Origin: Felis catus
Lineage: Eukaryota
Length of the DNA: 64,000 bases
Direction: 5' to 3'
Assembly: GCF_018350175.1 (NCBI RefSeq)
Contig: NC_058368.1
Coordinates: 59,584,001-59,648,000, forward strand
The notes beneath the pieces were generated by a model. It did no database searches and had not been told where the DNA came from. It saw only the letters and a list, made by a program, of their open reading frames with translations. The position numbers were made by a program, and so were the translations under genes. This document shows positions 11,094-25,144 of the stretch, piece after piece. How positions within the stretch are numbered: position 1 is the first letter of the stretch; each line of letters begins with the position of its first letter.

Positions 11094-13793
11094 AAAAATG
11101 AATAAACATTAAAAAATTAAAAATAGAAAGAAAAAGTTATACAAAATGTTAATAATCCACAGTCAGTAAACATTAGAAATGGCTGAATGGAACTGAAATA
11201 ATGAAGGTAATGCTATTTTGAAATATCTGACATAACATATGGCATAAGAAAGTTTTAAATACTGTTAAAAAATCTAATTAAAAATATAAGTAAGGAAGCA
11301 GTGTTGTCCTCAGTGTCCATGCAGAAATATAAATTTTAGAAATGATAAATATAATGCTTGAAACAAAATCCATTGGACATTTTACTGATATATTTCATAA
11401 TTACAATTACTTAGTAATGTAAATAAAGTTCTTGGGAAATTATAATAGTATAGGAGAGACTGAGAGAAGAGTAAGAGGGAGTAAGGGAGACAGAGAGAGA
11501 ATGATAGTGTTTTTGGACAGCTGCCATGGTTCCAGGCACCAGACAGGTCAATGAAATAGGCATCTTGCATATCAGACTGAATTGGACCTTCAAGTGACTT
11601 TATCCTGCAGTGTGTGTGAGAGATCCCAAGAGAGTACTGTCCATCTGTGATAGTAAATCATTTAAGCTACTATGTTCTGTAGCATTTGCTATGACATTAG
11701 ACATCCAGAATAATCTGTGAAGGGATGACTGAGATTAGGAAACTATAATTAATAGTGAGATCTGTCAGCAAGTATTTGTTACTTTCTTTAGTAATGATGA
11801 GTAACCAAGGACAAAGAAAGCAGGAAGTATGACATACACTCCATGTGAGATACAAAAAGAAAAAAAATCCTAAGAAAAATGCTTCAAAAATAAATTTTAA
11901 AATGGCTAATATACTAAAATATTTCAATGAGATTTATTAATTTTGCTCCTATAACAAGCAACCAGAAATCATATAAAGTATTTGAAGTATATAATTATGA
12001 ATTGAAAATAAAGCTAGATATTTTTAACACTATTCAATTGAAATATCCTAGTATTTTTAATATTACTTAAAAACTTTAAATGTTTGCTTATGTATTCAAG
12101 TTATATTCACATTTATTGCTAATATCACAAAGACTGCAGGGCTTATATATTTTAATACTCAATTTAAAATAATTGGGAATCACAAAATATTTTATTTATA
12201 ACTAAATAATTTAACTTCACATTAAATATATGGACATTAGAAATAACCTTTTGAGATACATTTTTACATATTCTTGAATTTTAAAAATTGGATTCAAAAT
12301 AATAAACTTTGAATATTTTATACTAATTTTACCATAATATTTAAACAATGTAATATAATATGTTTGAAATCAAAGTGAAAAGCTAGATGGAAATAAAATT
12401 GTCAACATTATGAAATATTTTAAGTGGATTTTTAATATTGTAAAATGTCTTTTTATTGACAACTTTCAGGATATTTTAAGTCTTTGAAATCTTGGAAATA
12501 TATTTGGCATTTCAACATGCATATTCATATCTCTTTTAATAATCTACTAATTTGGGTATTAGTGACTCATTTTTATGCCTCAGTTAGCCTTATTAGGTTG
12601 GATCATGTGACTTGCAATATGTCAAATTTTATTCTCACAGTTTCTTCAAATAAAAGAAGTAGCAGCTGCTAAGGATGCATTAATAATCCCTTGGGTAGGA
12701 GTTTAACAGCTGCATATGCAAAATCTGTTTCAATATGTGTGTGCGTATTGACTTGAAAAACTACTTGACACTTGAATTTTTCTATTTACATTGTTACATG
12801 CATATAAAATGATTACATATAACAGTAGCAATTTTGATTTAAAAAAAAGTACATCCAACCAATAGAAGAAAGCCTGATGTATCATTTTATATTTCCTAAG
12901 TATCTCATTCTAAAGCTTTATATATCAAGTACATTTAATAATGGCAAAGGTATTAAAATATTGTGAATTAATGCATGAGTGGCTGAATTAGAATAGTCTT
13001 GGTTGTCTTTTCCATCACATTTCTGCATTATTGTGAAAACAAATGATTTGATCTGTATAACATTGTTAAATAAATGTTAAGGAAATTCTCTGTTAATTAG
13101 TAATTAATTCTTATTTTTCCTACCTTTTATTAGCAAAAAAGCACATTTTACTTTCTTTGCATGCAGAGTTGTTTCTCTTATTATTTCCAGTAGCTTGAAT
13201 TATGTATATTAATTAGAATTCTTAAACCCTAGAAATCTTAATTTTTAATGAAAACTAAGTAAGCAATTGTGAACTGTTATACTAGCATTCTTTAGATTGG
13301 CAAATTTATGAATACATTTTATAACTTCTTAATTCTTAAGATAAATTTATATGTTACTGATATCAAGATAATCCTAACAAACCGTTCTCTTACTCAATTT
13401 TGCTCGTAGTTTTCCAAAAGAAGATGTGCAAACATTGAACTTTCTTTTGTAACTAATAATTCTGATTAGTCACATTACTTTCATAATGCTTTTCGAGTCA
13501 GATAATCTGCTGGTCCAAATTAGACCGAAAAATAAAAACTTTTATGAAAAATCTTGAGATATTTTCCTGTACAAGATCTTCTAATTCTACAAAGCTCCCA
13601 TTAACATTAAATGCACATAAGCAAAAAGCAAGAAAAAGTTGATTCATATAATTATTGGTAGGTATTCTAAGTACTGTCAAATTATTTTGAATGTTAAATA
13701 TACTTGTAATTCGTATTTGTTATCTGTAGGCTCAAGATGCTGAAATATAAATATTATTTCTCAGTTCTAGGAATCATTTGAAAACGAGAAATC

Positions 13794-13820
13794 TTTTCTT
13801 TTTTTTTTTTTTTTGAGAGC

Positions 13821-13861
<41 letters not shown>

Positions 13862-14029
13862 TGCATGAGTGGAGGAGAGGGGTAGGGAGCGTGGTAAAGA
13901 CAGAGTGTTGGGTAGGCTGCATGCTCAGCACAAGGCCCGATGCGGGACTCCATCCCATGACCCTGGGACCATGACCTTAGCAGAACTCCAGAGTTGGACA
14001 CTCAACTGACTGAGCTACCCAGGTGTCCC
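13794..14029 (-). mobile_element. Can-SINE
   Basis: T tail, (GA)n, antisense head ...gagctacccaggtgtccc. Confidence 0.95.
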
Positions 14030-14550
14030 TGTTTTTAGTTTCTAAACTTCACTGTGTTCCCAGCATTGCAATTAAAAAAACTAAACCAAAAAACATATAG
14101 CCATGTTGTTGGCTGACATTACATTAAATATATATATATGCTTTGGGTACAAAGACTAAACAATGCGCAAATTGACCAGCCAAAAAATAAAATATAAGAG
14201 AAAAAGCCAGCTAGTTTATGATGTAACAAATATCAAATAATAGCTATACAAGGGATGTTTATGTAGGTAGAAAAGTATATTTTATAAAACATTGCATATT
14301 ACAAAATGTAATTGAAGTCGTTGTCATAGTTATTCATTTGAGGTAGGAAACATATGGATTGAAAAAAAGTGTAACTTTTGATACATGACCCACTTCTAAT
14401 AAGTGACAAAGTAGGAAATCCTAAGTGAATTTTGTGACATAGACATTCACATGTTTCTTTTGACTAAACTTAGAAATAATTAGTAAATAATACTGATGAT
14501 GCCTATTACACATTGTTAATCATTTTAATTTTGTTAAGTTATAGAGCATA

Positions 14551-14990
14551 CAGTAGTCCCTCATTTATTCACGGGTTTGCTTTCCACAGTTCCACCTACC
14601 TGCGGTCAACCACTGACCAGAAGCAGATGGTCCTACTTCTGATTTATCATCAAAAGGTTAGTAATAGCCTGAGGTTTCATCACAACGCCCTGTTTATTCA
14701 CTTCACTTCATCTCATCAGGTAAGCATTTTTCATCTCACGTCATCACGAGAAGAAGGGTGAGTACAGTATAATAAAATATTTTGAGAGAGAAACCACATT
14801 CACATAACTTTAATTATACTATATTGTTATAATTGTTCTATTTTATTTATTGTTGCTAATATATTACTGTGCCTAATTTGTAAATTAAATTTTTTCATGT
14901 ATAGAAAGAAACATAGTATACATAGGGTTTGGTACTATCCATGATTTGAGGATTTGGAGGATAATGCCCATGGGTAAGTGTGGAGTATTG
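14551..14990 (+). mobile_element. MER44-type (Tigger7-derived, TcMar) non-autonomous DNA transposon
   Basis: Termini cagtagtccctcatttat... and ...taagtgtggagtattg, both flanked by TA; internal gtgagtacagtataataaaatattttgagagagaaaccacattcacataac matches recalled MER44 consensus. Confidence 0.88.
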
Positions 14991-15151
14991 TATATGGCAC
15001 AAGAAGTATCTGGAATACATATTGATTCTAAAGGTGGCTGTAAAAATAATTTATTCAGTTAATAACACATTGAGCTGCTTTTGTGAATGATCTACTTTTG
15101 TGAATTTATTGTTAATGAGGACTTGAATTGGTTTTAAAATGTGAAATTCCA

Positions 15152-15382
15152 GGGGTGCCTGGGTGGTTCAGTTGGTTAAGCATGGGACTTCTGTTCAGGT
15201 CATAATGTTGGAGTTCGTGGGTTTGAGCCCTGCATCAGGCTCTGTGCTGACAATGGAGAGCCTGAAGCCTACTTTGGATTCTGTGTCTCCTTCTCTTTCT
15301 TCCCCCCTCCTCTGCTCATGCTTTGTCTCTCTCAGTCTCAATCTCTCTCTCTCAAAAATATAAATAGACATTAAAAAAATTA
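15152..15382 (+). mobile_element. Can-SINE
   Basis: TSD taaaatgtgaaattcca (15135-15151) / taaaatgttaaactcca (15383-15399). Confidence 0.95.
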
Positions 15383-16118
15383 TAAAATGTTAAACTCCAG
15401 AGACAGAAGTAATCTAGGTTATTGAGAGTGTTATGTGCAAATAACAATGGGCAAGAACAATTCTCATTTGAATAAGTGTAATTATGATATTGGAAAGTAC
15501 AGAAAAGAGAAATCATAGTTTTTTATTGGGGAAATTAAGAGATGGTTTAGTAAACTGTGCTTTCTTTGAACTTTGGTGGAATAGGCAGCTTTGCTTTATT
15601 TTTTTTTTCTTAATTTGTGCAAGAAGGGTTTCCTATAACTGCCTTGATTATATTATTTCACTTGAATACTCAACATAATTTAATTATTTTAATAACTACT
15701 ATATGTATAAGTCCACAGATATGTATTAAGATATTACCTTGGACCTACCATAAGTTATTCACTGGGCATGCATTGAAAATCAAAGCTTCAAATGTTAAGA
15801 ACTGGCTTGCAAATATCTATATATTCAAATAGTAAGTGAATCATTAAATTTTCCTGTATGAACCCATGACAATTCATCCTTTCATTTTGCAAGTCAAATC
15901 AAAGTCAGAATGAATGACCTGAGTGCATGAATCTGTCTCTCAAAATACATATGCATACATACACATCCACACACAGAGCATATATATTAGTGTCATCTTC
16001 CCAGTTTCCTCAGTATTGCACTTGTCAGAGTAAAATTAATCACTGCTTAACAAAATATGCAGTATGTTTTCCCCCAAATCACTATTCTATGTTTATTTTC
16101 AGACCTCATAATGATGGC

Positions 16119-16345
16119 TGTATTTGTTTCCTAGGGCTGCCAAAAAAAAATACAACAAACATGGTGGCTAAAAATAACAGAAACTTATTGTCTCACATTT
16201 CTGGAGGCTAGATTTCAGAAATCAAGTTGTTAGCAGGGTCATGCTCCCCCTAAAGACTTTAAGGAAGGATCCTTCCTTGCTTCTTCTAGGCTTCTGATGC
16301 CTGCTGGCAATCCTTGGTGCTCTTTGGTTTGTAACTATATCCTAA
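16119..16345 (-). mobile_element. MaLR MLT1-type LTR fragment
   Basis: tgtatttgtttcctagggctgc...aacagaaacttattgtctcacatttctggaggctag is the typical antisense MLT1 3' end. Confidence 0.8.
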
Positions 16346-16583
16346 TTCAGCCGCAGAAGTTGTCAAAAATGATATGAACACACATGATTCAAAGTTATCA
16401 TAAATTATTTGAAGTCATATAAAAAAGCCAAAAGTCTCACTACAAATTTACATATCAGATTCTTACAACATATATGTATTTATATTGATCTAATTAGTAT
16501 CTTTTATTGACAGTTATTTTCCTTAAGTACCAAATTTCACAGCAAATAAAAAGGTGTATTCAATTGTATTTCCTTTATTCTGT

Positions 16584-16633
16584 TTTATTTATTTATTTAT
16601 CTATCTATCTATCTATCTATCTATTTATTTATT

Positions 16634-16665
<32 letters not shown>
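16584..16665. repeat. Compound tetranucleotide microsatellite (TTTA)(TCTA)(TTTA)(TCTG)
   Basis: Direct reading. Confidence 0.95.
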
Positions 16666-16668
<3 letters not shown>

Positions 16669-17696
16669 GGGGGCACTTGTTTGGATGCTGTATTTTTGTT
16701 GTGTATATTGGGTACTTCAGTGTTATTTATTACAACATTCATATGGAAAATGTAATTAACTTTTTAAATAAGCTGTTTAGAAATTAAATGTTATGCAATT
16801 CTTTTAACAATATTCTATGTGTGAGTTGAGTACTTGACTTTGTAAAAGCTACAATGCATTGGCACTCAGTGATTATAAAAAGAGCATAACTTTCTGATTA
16901 TCTAAAAAATAAAAACCAAAACCAAACAAACAAGCAAAAAACAGAGCAACACTATGGTATCCTGGTTTATCCCACATGAAAGCTGTTACCGGAACTGACA
17001 GGGAATGTTAAGAAACAATGAGTGCATAAAGTCATGGTTTTTTAAATATAAAGATTTTAGTGAAATGAAGTAGATCATCTCTTGACTGAGCATTTTGCTA
17101 CAAACTTAGGAGTTTACAGAATTAAATGAATCAGAACCATAATTTAACTGGTTTACTGAACCATACTTATGGTTGCATCATATACACAATTCTCTCCTTT
17201 CCCCCTTGAAATCCTAGAAGTTATTATAAAGTAAAATCATAGATAAGTGAGTGGGGTAGTTTCATCATCAAGTCTCAATTCTCAGAAGAAAATGGCATAA
17301 CCTTTTTCAGACATCAGCAGGACCTACAAATGTATCAGAGGAAGGTTTTAAACAAAATACTTCCACTCTGAGTATATTATGACACTGGTAAAAAGCAGAG
17401 GGAAAACATGCTTCTGTAAAGCAGTTTTTTAAATTTTCAGTCTATTTTTTGATATGACAATTAGTTTTCCTAGTGGATTTGTGAATTGCACACACATACT
17501 GCACCAGATCATTGCATCCATCTTTACTCTGTCCACTCTTCTCACAATAAATATAAAATTATATATGCTGTGAAGACACCTATTAGATAATAATTGAAAC
17601 AGTGCCTTTAAATGTCTACATGTGCAAACCACCAGTTTGCTTGGAATTATATTGTGTTGAGAGAGTAATTTCTCTATATTTAAGACATTTTATTTT

Positions 17697-17817
17697 GGGG
17701 AGCGCCTGGGTGGCTCAGTCGGTTGAGCGTCCGACCTTGACTTAGGTCAGGATCTCACAGTCTGTGAGTTTGAGCCCTGCGTCGGGCTCTCTGCTTAGTG
17801 TGGAGCCTGCTTGCTTG

Positions 17818-17863
<46 letters not shown>

Positions 17864-17954
17864 CCTCTCCCCCTCTGCCCCTTCCCCCAGTTCATGCTCT
17901 CTCTCTCTCAAAAACAAAAACAAAACAAAACAAAAAAACAAAACAAAAACAAAA
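17697..17954 (+). mobile_element. Can-SINE with (AAAAC)n tail
   Basis: Head ggggagcgcctgggtggctcagtcggttgagcgtccgac; no TSD evident. Confidence 0.95.
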
Positions 17955-18759
17955 GTACTCATGGCTATGTTCAAACCAGACAGAAATAGCTTGTCTAAAA
18001 GAAGTAAAGCAAACACTGAAAGAAAAGTGGAATTGAAAGAAAGATTATTGTCGACCTTCAACTGCTGGTTCCTAATTGTTTCAGAAGTCCAGATACATAT
18101 GTCCTAATAGTAAGTGAACCTTATATTTTACTCTTTTCCCAAGCTTTCAGCATGAATTTTTTGTATTTCCGTCATTTTCTTACTACATTACTTCTATTTT
18201 TCTTACAAGAAAAGCAGAGGAATTTATCAGGAAAGTAACGAAAGGTAAACTTTGCCCTATTAGAGCAAAGGTTTAAGGCATTCTTAAAATATTGTTTACA
18301 AGAGAATGCATCAGGTGACAAGCATAATAAGGATTTGTGAGTAATTTTATTGGGAGTAGTATCCTGACTGTTATTATCTTTTTCCACAAGGAAATCAATG
18401 ATAAACTAGTGCTTCTCACTTCATGGTGCATTTGACATATTTTGATACATTGTAACATTAATATGAAAATAAATTATGAATCATACATAGATGATTGGCT
18501 ATTTATAAACAGTGCTTTTTTAAAGAACATACTCTTTATTTTTTAACCAAAAGATTTGTAGATAAGAACTCTTGATGTAAGAACATTTTATAATTTGCCT
18601 ACATTTTATTTGCTTCATTAATCAATACATAAAGTAATTATTTAACACTTATTATGGAAGGAAGCAAGGAAAATCAATGCACTGATCTCTCTCTCTCTTT
18701 CCTCTCTTTTCTAATGCTTCCCTATGTTTATTCGTTAACACCAAAGTGAAGTCAAAAAG

Positions 18760-19990
18760 CATGGGACACATCAATATGTTTCAAACAAATCAGTTTTCCA
18801 CAGAAGAGAGCAGGAATGAGGACAGAAAAGAGTGGGTATAGAAAAATCAAGTGGAAAATATCTGACAAAATCACTCTCTTTTTCCTTTATCACTCTCTCT
18901 GTTTTTAGTTCAGGTAAACATAATATGCTTCCAGTGATAAAAATTCACAAAAATCCATCATCATCATTCTTCTTATTGACAGGTGGATAGCTGTCAAGTC
19001 TTATTCCAACTAAAGCCTAACATATTAGCCATCACTGTGTTCTTCAAATAGGGTTACAAAAATAAACAAATAAATAAGGGGATAAGGATAATTAGTAATG
19101 GTGTAAACATAAATATTATGTACATCTTAAAGCTTGTCACAAGTCTATGTTGGTAATCATAATAGACTTCTTCTACCACCCATTAGATATTCTCCTGTCC
19201 TTGGTTTGCAAATTAGTTACAAGGGCAGAAATCCAACCATTTATTGCTGCAGTATCTGAAGGCATAGCAATGTCGTTTTTATCATATTACCCTACTCCTC
19301 ATTGCTGTGAATTATTGTAGTACTTAAGAGAAAAACTAAAGGAAATTTCAGTTTTAAATGTAGTCCTCCCTGCTCTAATTGTATTTCAGCAAAACAACAT
19401 TGGTAAAGAGAATTAATTATTCCATCTACTCCAGTCACCCCCTTTACTGCTCAACATCTCAGTTGCATCAGAAACCCAAGAGCTTCATGGAGTAGTCTTG
19501 GCTTCTGGTTCATCAGAGCTATAATTATGTTTTCTTTTTTTTTTTTTTTTTTTTTAGTGGATGCATTTGTGTTAAAATATCCAAATTTATTGACCCCAAA
19601 ATATTTGGTATACATACAAGATAAAAATGCTTTGTTTGGGTTATTACTTTGACAGTCAAAAAGGAAGTGGTCAGCCAAGAAACAGTAGTGTTATTAGAAA
19701 CATTAAACAGAGAAGGCAAATCTAAGAGTGTAAACCTGCCACTAACAAGGTAACTTATCACCTGGGAGATGGTGTTATATCAACAGCACAGGTTTGTCTT
19801 CTGTTGTTGGTAGGTTAAACATACAGCTATGACAAAAGCTCAATTTTCTTTGTTGAAGGAAAGAGAAGGTTTATGAACTTATGCCTTACACTATGGCCAT
19901 TTTTGGTCTGGGTGCAATAATCAAGAATGGAGTGGCCAGGGAACAAGTCTCATATTTATCCACAAGGTGGTAAATAATGAGTTATAGTTT
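18760..19990 (-). mobile_element. Highly decayed ERVL/MaLR internal-region relic
   Basis: Segments such as gtcctccctgctctaattgtatttcagcaa, cagtcaccccctttactgc...gtagtcttggcttctggttca and cactatggccatttttggtctgggtgc resemble antisense MLT1-int/ERVL-int from recall. Confidence 0.5.
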
Positions 19991-20110
19991 TTCTAGGTGT
20001 AGTAATTCCATATTTCCATTATATTTCCTTTTAAAAATATGGATATTTACATTAATCTACCCATATTACTCCATATTGTTTTTCAATGTGAATTGAAATA
20101 GTTTTCTTTT

Positions 20111-20306
20111 TTTAATGTTTATTTTATTTTTGAGAGAGAGAGAGAGAGACAGCAGAGGAGGGGCAGAGAGAGAGGGATGCACAGGGTCCAAAGTGGGCTC
20201 TGTGCTGATAGCAGAAAGCTCAATGCAGGACTCAAACTCACGAGCTGTAAGATCGTGATCTGAGCCTCAGTCAGATGCTTAACCAACTGAGCCACCCATG
20301 CACCCC
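20111..20306 (-). mobile_element. Can-SINE
   Basis: Antisense head ...ctgagccacccatgcacccc, (GA)n, T tail. Confidence 0.95.
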
Positions 20307-21846
20307 TTAAATAAGTTTCTAAAGTAATTTTTTCATGTGTATTTGTTTTCAATATACTTACTTACTGGTATACTGATTAAAGGTTTAATAGATACTGTGA
20401 CACTAAACTTTGTATTCAGAAACTTACCCTTCTGTTTTATAGAATACCATGATTTTAAAGCATTGCTACATTTGTTTTGTGTATAGCCAATGCTAGAATA
20501 AAATATTATTGTACTACTTTTTCTAGACTATCAATACTAGGCAGTTCATTTCTTAAAATATGTAGTGTGAAGTTTTTGTCTTCTGGTTTGTGTGATTATC
20601 TGTAACTTGATTGTTTTGGAATTACAGAATCATCTGTATTGGCCTTTATTTCTGACGATTTTATAAACTTATTATTTTCCTTTATTTATTTATTTATTCT
20701 TACACTCACTTGTCTACATATTACTGGACTATATTGGTATTTTCCCAGTAAATTATTACCTTATAATTTTAATTAATAATTTGCCATGTAATTTTCCTTA
20801 ATTCTTTCTTGTAAATGTTAGTAACCCCTTTACTATCCATGCTTACATTCACATTAGAACAACTGAGACTGAGTCTAATGCTCCTAAAATTTGGCAATTC
20901 AGAAAATATATTTTATGAAACTTTTTAGGCCATATATTCATGAAAGTATATTTCAGAGTACATTTATTTCCTACTTGGAAAACAGCCTAAGTAAGGTCGT
21001 TGGATAAATATTAGGGCTGAGTAGGGAAGTGTCTATTCTAGACTACACTTAGCCCATATCCTTAAGATTTATAATTAATCAAATAATTTTGTGGATTATT
21101 GTTAGTGTTATAGTAATAATATTAAACAGAAGCATAATAAAATAAGTATAATTTTGTTTTTAATCCAACTTCAACCTGGACGATTGTAACACCAAATGTT
21201 TGTTCTCTGAGTATGAGAGATACTTTAAGAGACAAATAAAATATAAAATATATTTATACACTATAACTATATTAAATGTATATAAACATATATTAAATAT
21301 ATTTATACACTATATTTCTCTATTAGCCCTACTAGTTAAATCTTTAAAGATAGTTCCTTTTTTGTGTTCATTGACATGCAAAATTCTTAATGAAAATATT
21401 TCCAATATCAATACAATTATATTTTCAACTTTCCTTATAAAACATGCCTAGCAAGTAAATTTATTTTCAATACATGAGAAAGCACAGATTGTGTACTCTG
21501 CATGTAACAAGTCCTCTTTTTGAATGAATATATGTATGAATTTTCCACTGTTCAAGATTGAAATTTTTCTTTCAAATTATTGCTGGAAACTAGCAGACTG
21601 TGTAAGAATTAAGAAATAAATGTGTTTTTTAAATCATTTCCACATAAGCTATGTGTTTACGCTGTCTTCTCAAGCGTGCTCATTTCCTACTTTGTCTCTC
21701 GTTTTTCTTTGCATGTATTTTTGTTTGCTTCTAATGCGAAGGAATAATTATATAGGTAATGAGAAAAAGTGAGAGATCACATAGCAGTTATGAAAAAAAG
21801 TACTATTGAGAAGGATTAACAATGTTTTCACAATAGGTAAGGTTTT

Positions 21847-22064
21847 TTTTTTTTTTCATTTTTTTTAATGTTTGCTTTTGAAAGAGAGAAAGACATAGCA
21901 TGAGTGCCAGAGGGGCAGAGAGAGAGGGAGACACAGAATTCAAAGCAGGCTCCAGGCTCTGAGCTGTCAGCACAGAGCCCTATGTAGGCTTGAACTCATA
22001 AACTGAGAGATTATGACCTGACCTGAAGTCGGAAGCTTAACTGACTGAGCCACCCAGGCGCCCC
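21847..22064 (-). mobile_element. Can-SINE
   Basis: TSD cacaataggtaaggttt (from 21829) / cacagtagataagcttt (from 22065). Confidence 0.95.
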
Positions 22065-22163
22065 CACAGTAGATAAGCTTTAATGTTGTACTAGAAATGA
22101 AAATTAGTATTTTTTTAACTTTAACATTATTAAGCTTTATATTGGAAAACTATTTCTCGATGA

Positions 22164-22378
22164 GGGGCACCTGGGTGGCTCAGTCAGTTAAATGTCTGAC
22201 TCTTGAGTTTGGCTCAGGTCATGATTTCACTTTTCATGAAATGCAGCCCTGAATTGGGCTCCGTGCTGACAGCACAGAACCTACTTGGGATTCTGCCTCT
22301 CCTTCTCTCTCTGCGCCTCCCCCAGTCTCTCTCAAAATAAATAAATAAAATTTAAAACAAACAAAAACAAACCAAAAA
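22164..22378 (+). mobile_element. Can-SINE
   Basis: TSD aaaactatttctcga (22146-22160) / aaaactatttctgga after the tail. Confidence 0.95.
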
Positions 22379-22593
22379 AAACTATTTCTGGAAAAAGATA
22401 TTAGCTATTCCCTTTGCCTAGGTAGGATCTGTAATATTTTATTAATAACCATGTAAATTATGACAGCGTTTTCCAAATTGTCCACGATGGGATTCTAACC
22501 CCCTTAAAAATATCTGTGAACTAATATTTAAATTAAAAAAATAGAAATTTGATCTGTAATCATTGCTTGCTTGAAATTAACTCTAGACATTCT

Positions 22594-22990
22594 GTGTAAT
22601 GACTAACAGCGCCTTAATGTTCCCCTCAGTTTAATTATACTTAAGATAGGTTTCTTCCCAGGTATAGGTCCCTGACATCTCTTTTCTTAGAACCTTTACT
22701 TTAGAAAACTTGTAATTTACCATTGCCACTTCGGGTAGTAAGTGTTTTCTCAGGCTCTTGCCAGTTTTATACCACAGAATGTCATTATCAAGAACCTTAG
22801 AGCCATCTCTTTGATATATATGCATCAAGAAAGAGAAGGACCCTATCTCCCAGTCTCTGTAAGAGAGTAGGAGCCTAAATTGATAAGTACCAAAAAGCAA
22901 AGATAGGAAGTTTAATAACATTGGCCAAGTCATCCCCACCCCCTCCCCACGTAATCTGTGTCCCCTGGTACTTTGATTGATTGACCATAT
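22594..22990 (+). mobile_element. ERV1-class LTR relic (MER34/MER39-like)
   Basis: gagccatctctttga...ccctatctcccagtctctgtaagagagtaggagcctaa matches recalled MER34/39 core. Confidence 0.65.
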
Positions 22991-23264
22991 TCAGTTTGGT
23001 TGTTCCTCATGAAGCAGAGAGAATTTTAAAAAAAATCAGAAAAGCCATAGTAGCTTGCTTATTCTAGTGATGCATAATTAGAATTTATCATCACAGTCAT
23101 CTGTGGAGAACTATAAAATTATACTGATATTTACCCCATTAGTTAAAGATTCTTAGTGAAGAATTTTGGAATTCGGAAAACCACACCAAAATTCTGCAGA
23201 TGTCTTTGTACCTGTCCTCAGTTTAAACAAACTGATACATATGATACAAATCACAGTACCTAAT

Positions 23265-23410
23265 TTTTAAAATGTTTTTATTTATTTTTCTTGAGAGAGA
23301 AAAATGAGAGAGATAATGCATATATGTACACAGGTAAGTAGATGGAGGGGCAGAGAGGCAGAGGGAGAGAGTGAGAGAGAATCCTAAGCAGGCTCCATAC
23401 CTGTCCTAGG
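23265..23410 (-). mobile_element. Can-SINE 3' fragment (head missing)
   Basis: T tail and gagagaatcctaagcaggctccat; no tRNA-derived head. Confidence 0.75.
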
Positions 23411-24003
23411 GATTGAAGTTCTCAAACCAGTATTATGCAACTGTTATTATCCCCAAATAAATAATTCACTCCTGATGCATATGTGTGTGTGTATTCTGTA
23501 ACTTCAGGAAACAGAAAAAGAGAAGTAAAATACACCTTTGAAAATAGAGGAAAGTCTAATATAGTTCAGAACATATACTTTTTAAGAAACACTCTTAACC
23601 CTTATTATCTTTTGCAAAGGTTGTATAAACTTGATTCTAGAAACAAAGACAGTATGTACAAGGAAAAAACTGAAGCAATTGCATTAATAGACATACATGT
23701 AAAAATCCTAAACATGTCTTAAAACAGGTAAATCAGATATTATAGTAAGCTAAAATTCATCATGAAAAATTGATTAAATCATTCACATTTGAATGTGAAT
23801 CTATGTTATCATAATTTGCTTAACAGGTACATATTTAGTATTGATTATATTCTCCATAGTGAAACAAGAAATGAAGATTAATAGGTTAACAGAGTTTAAC
23901 AACCTACAGAAGAAATAAATGATCATCAACTATATATAAGAATGATATTAAAAGACTTTACACCTGTTTATGAAAACTCAGCAAATAAGAATAGAAAAGA
24001 ATA

Positions 24004-24225
24004 AGGGTGTCTGGGTGGCTCAGTGGGTTAAGGGTCTGACTCTTGATTTTAGCTCAGGTCATGATCTTAGGGTTCATGAGACTGATCCCTGCTTCAGGCT
24101 CTGTGCTGACAGTGTGGACCTACTTAGGATTCTCTCTTCCCCCCACCCCGCCCCTCTCACACAGCATTCTCTGTTTCTAAGATGAATAAACTTACAAAAA
24201 AGTAAAAAATAAATAAAATAATAAA
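24004..24225 (+). mobile_element. Can-SINE
   Basis: Head gggtgtctgggtggctcagt, A-rich tail. Confidence 0.93.
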
Positions 24226-25144
24226 AGCCTAAAAAATAGAATCATACAATTCATTAAATGCAGCTGTCAGAATATATATTAATAATCAGAGTAATCAAGC
24301 AGAATATTCCTATTCATGAAATTGTCACTATATTGAGAAGTTTACTAAGAAGTAGTTTCATTAAGTTATTTAAAATCAAATAAAATAAGTAAAGTAAGTG
24401 TGTCCTGCACATAAATGACAGTATCAAGCAATACTTCTATAGGAAAGTAAATGCATATACAAAATGGTGTCATATAATTGAGGCCATGAAAAACCAAATT
24501 ATAATCTTTTTGGCCACTTGTACATTCACCTCTTCTTTAAAACCACCATTTTTAACTGTAACATGTTTTATTATTTGTAAATCTTGAAGTTATCATATTT
24601 GACATATACATTGCTTTTATTGTTATGTTTTATTTTTCTGTTAATATAATCAAAAGTTTGATTTTAAAATAGCATCTTATTAAAAAATTGATAAACTACG
24701 CTGTCCAATAATGCTAAACTGCCAAGGCAATCAGATAAGAAACATAAATCACTACATTAGAGAGCTGATTACATGTTTTTGTTTGTTAAATATGTGACTC
24801 CAGGGATCTAAGCATTACCATTATTTGACATATTAGTCATCTAGAGTTGTCATGAATTAATAAAACAAATATTCCCAGAGTTAATTTTACAAGCCTCAAT
24901 AGTTCATTCAGTAAGTCTTACTTGTCATATTTTGTATGAAATTAACACTTGTCATAGAATACCCATTTAGTCCAAGTAAAATCCAAAGAAATATACAAGA
25001 GTTACAACCTGTACAATTAAGAAAGAAATAGTATTTTGAATACATAGACCTCACAGAGTCTCTAAAAGCTCTTGGCTCTTCTCTAATTTGCCCAGCGTAC
25101 ATCCGAGCCTGATGTGGTCCTTCCTGTTTGAGTGTATTCTAGAA

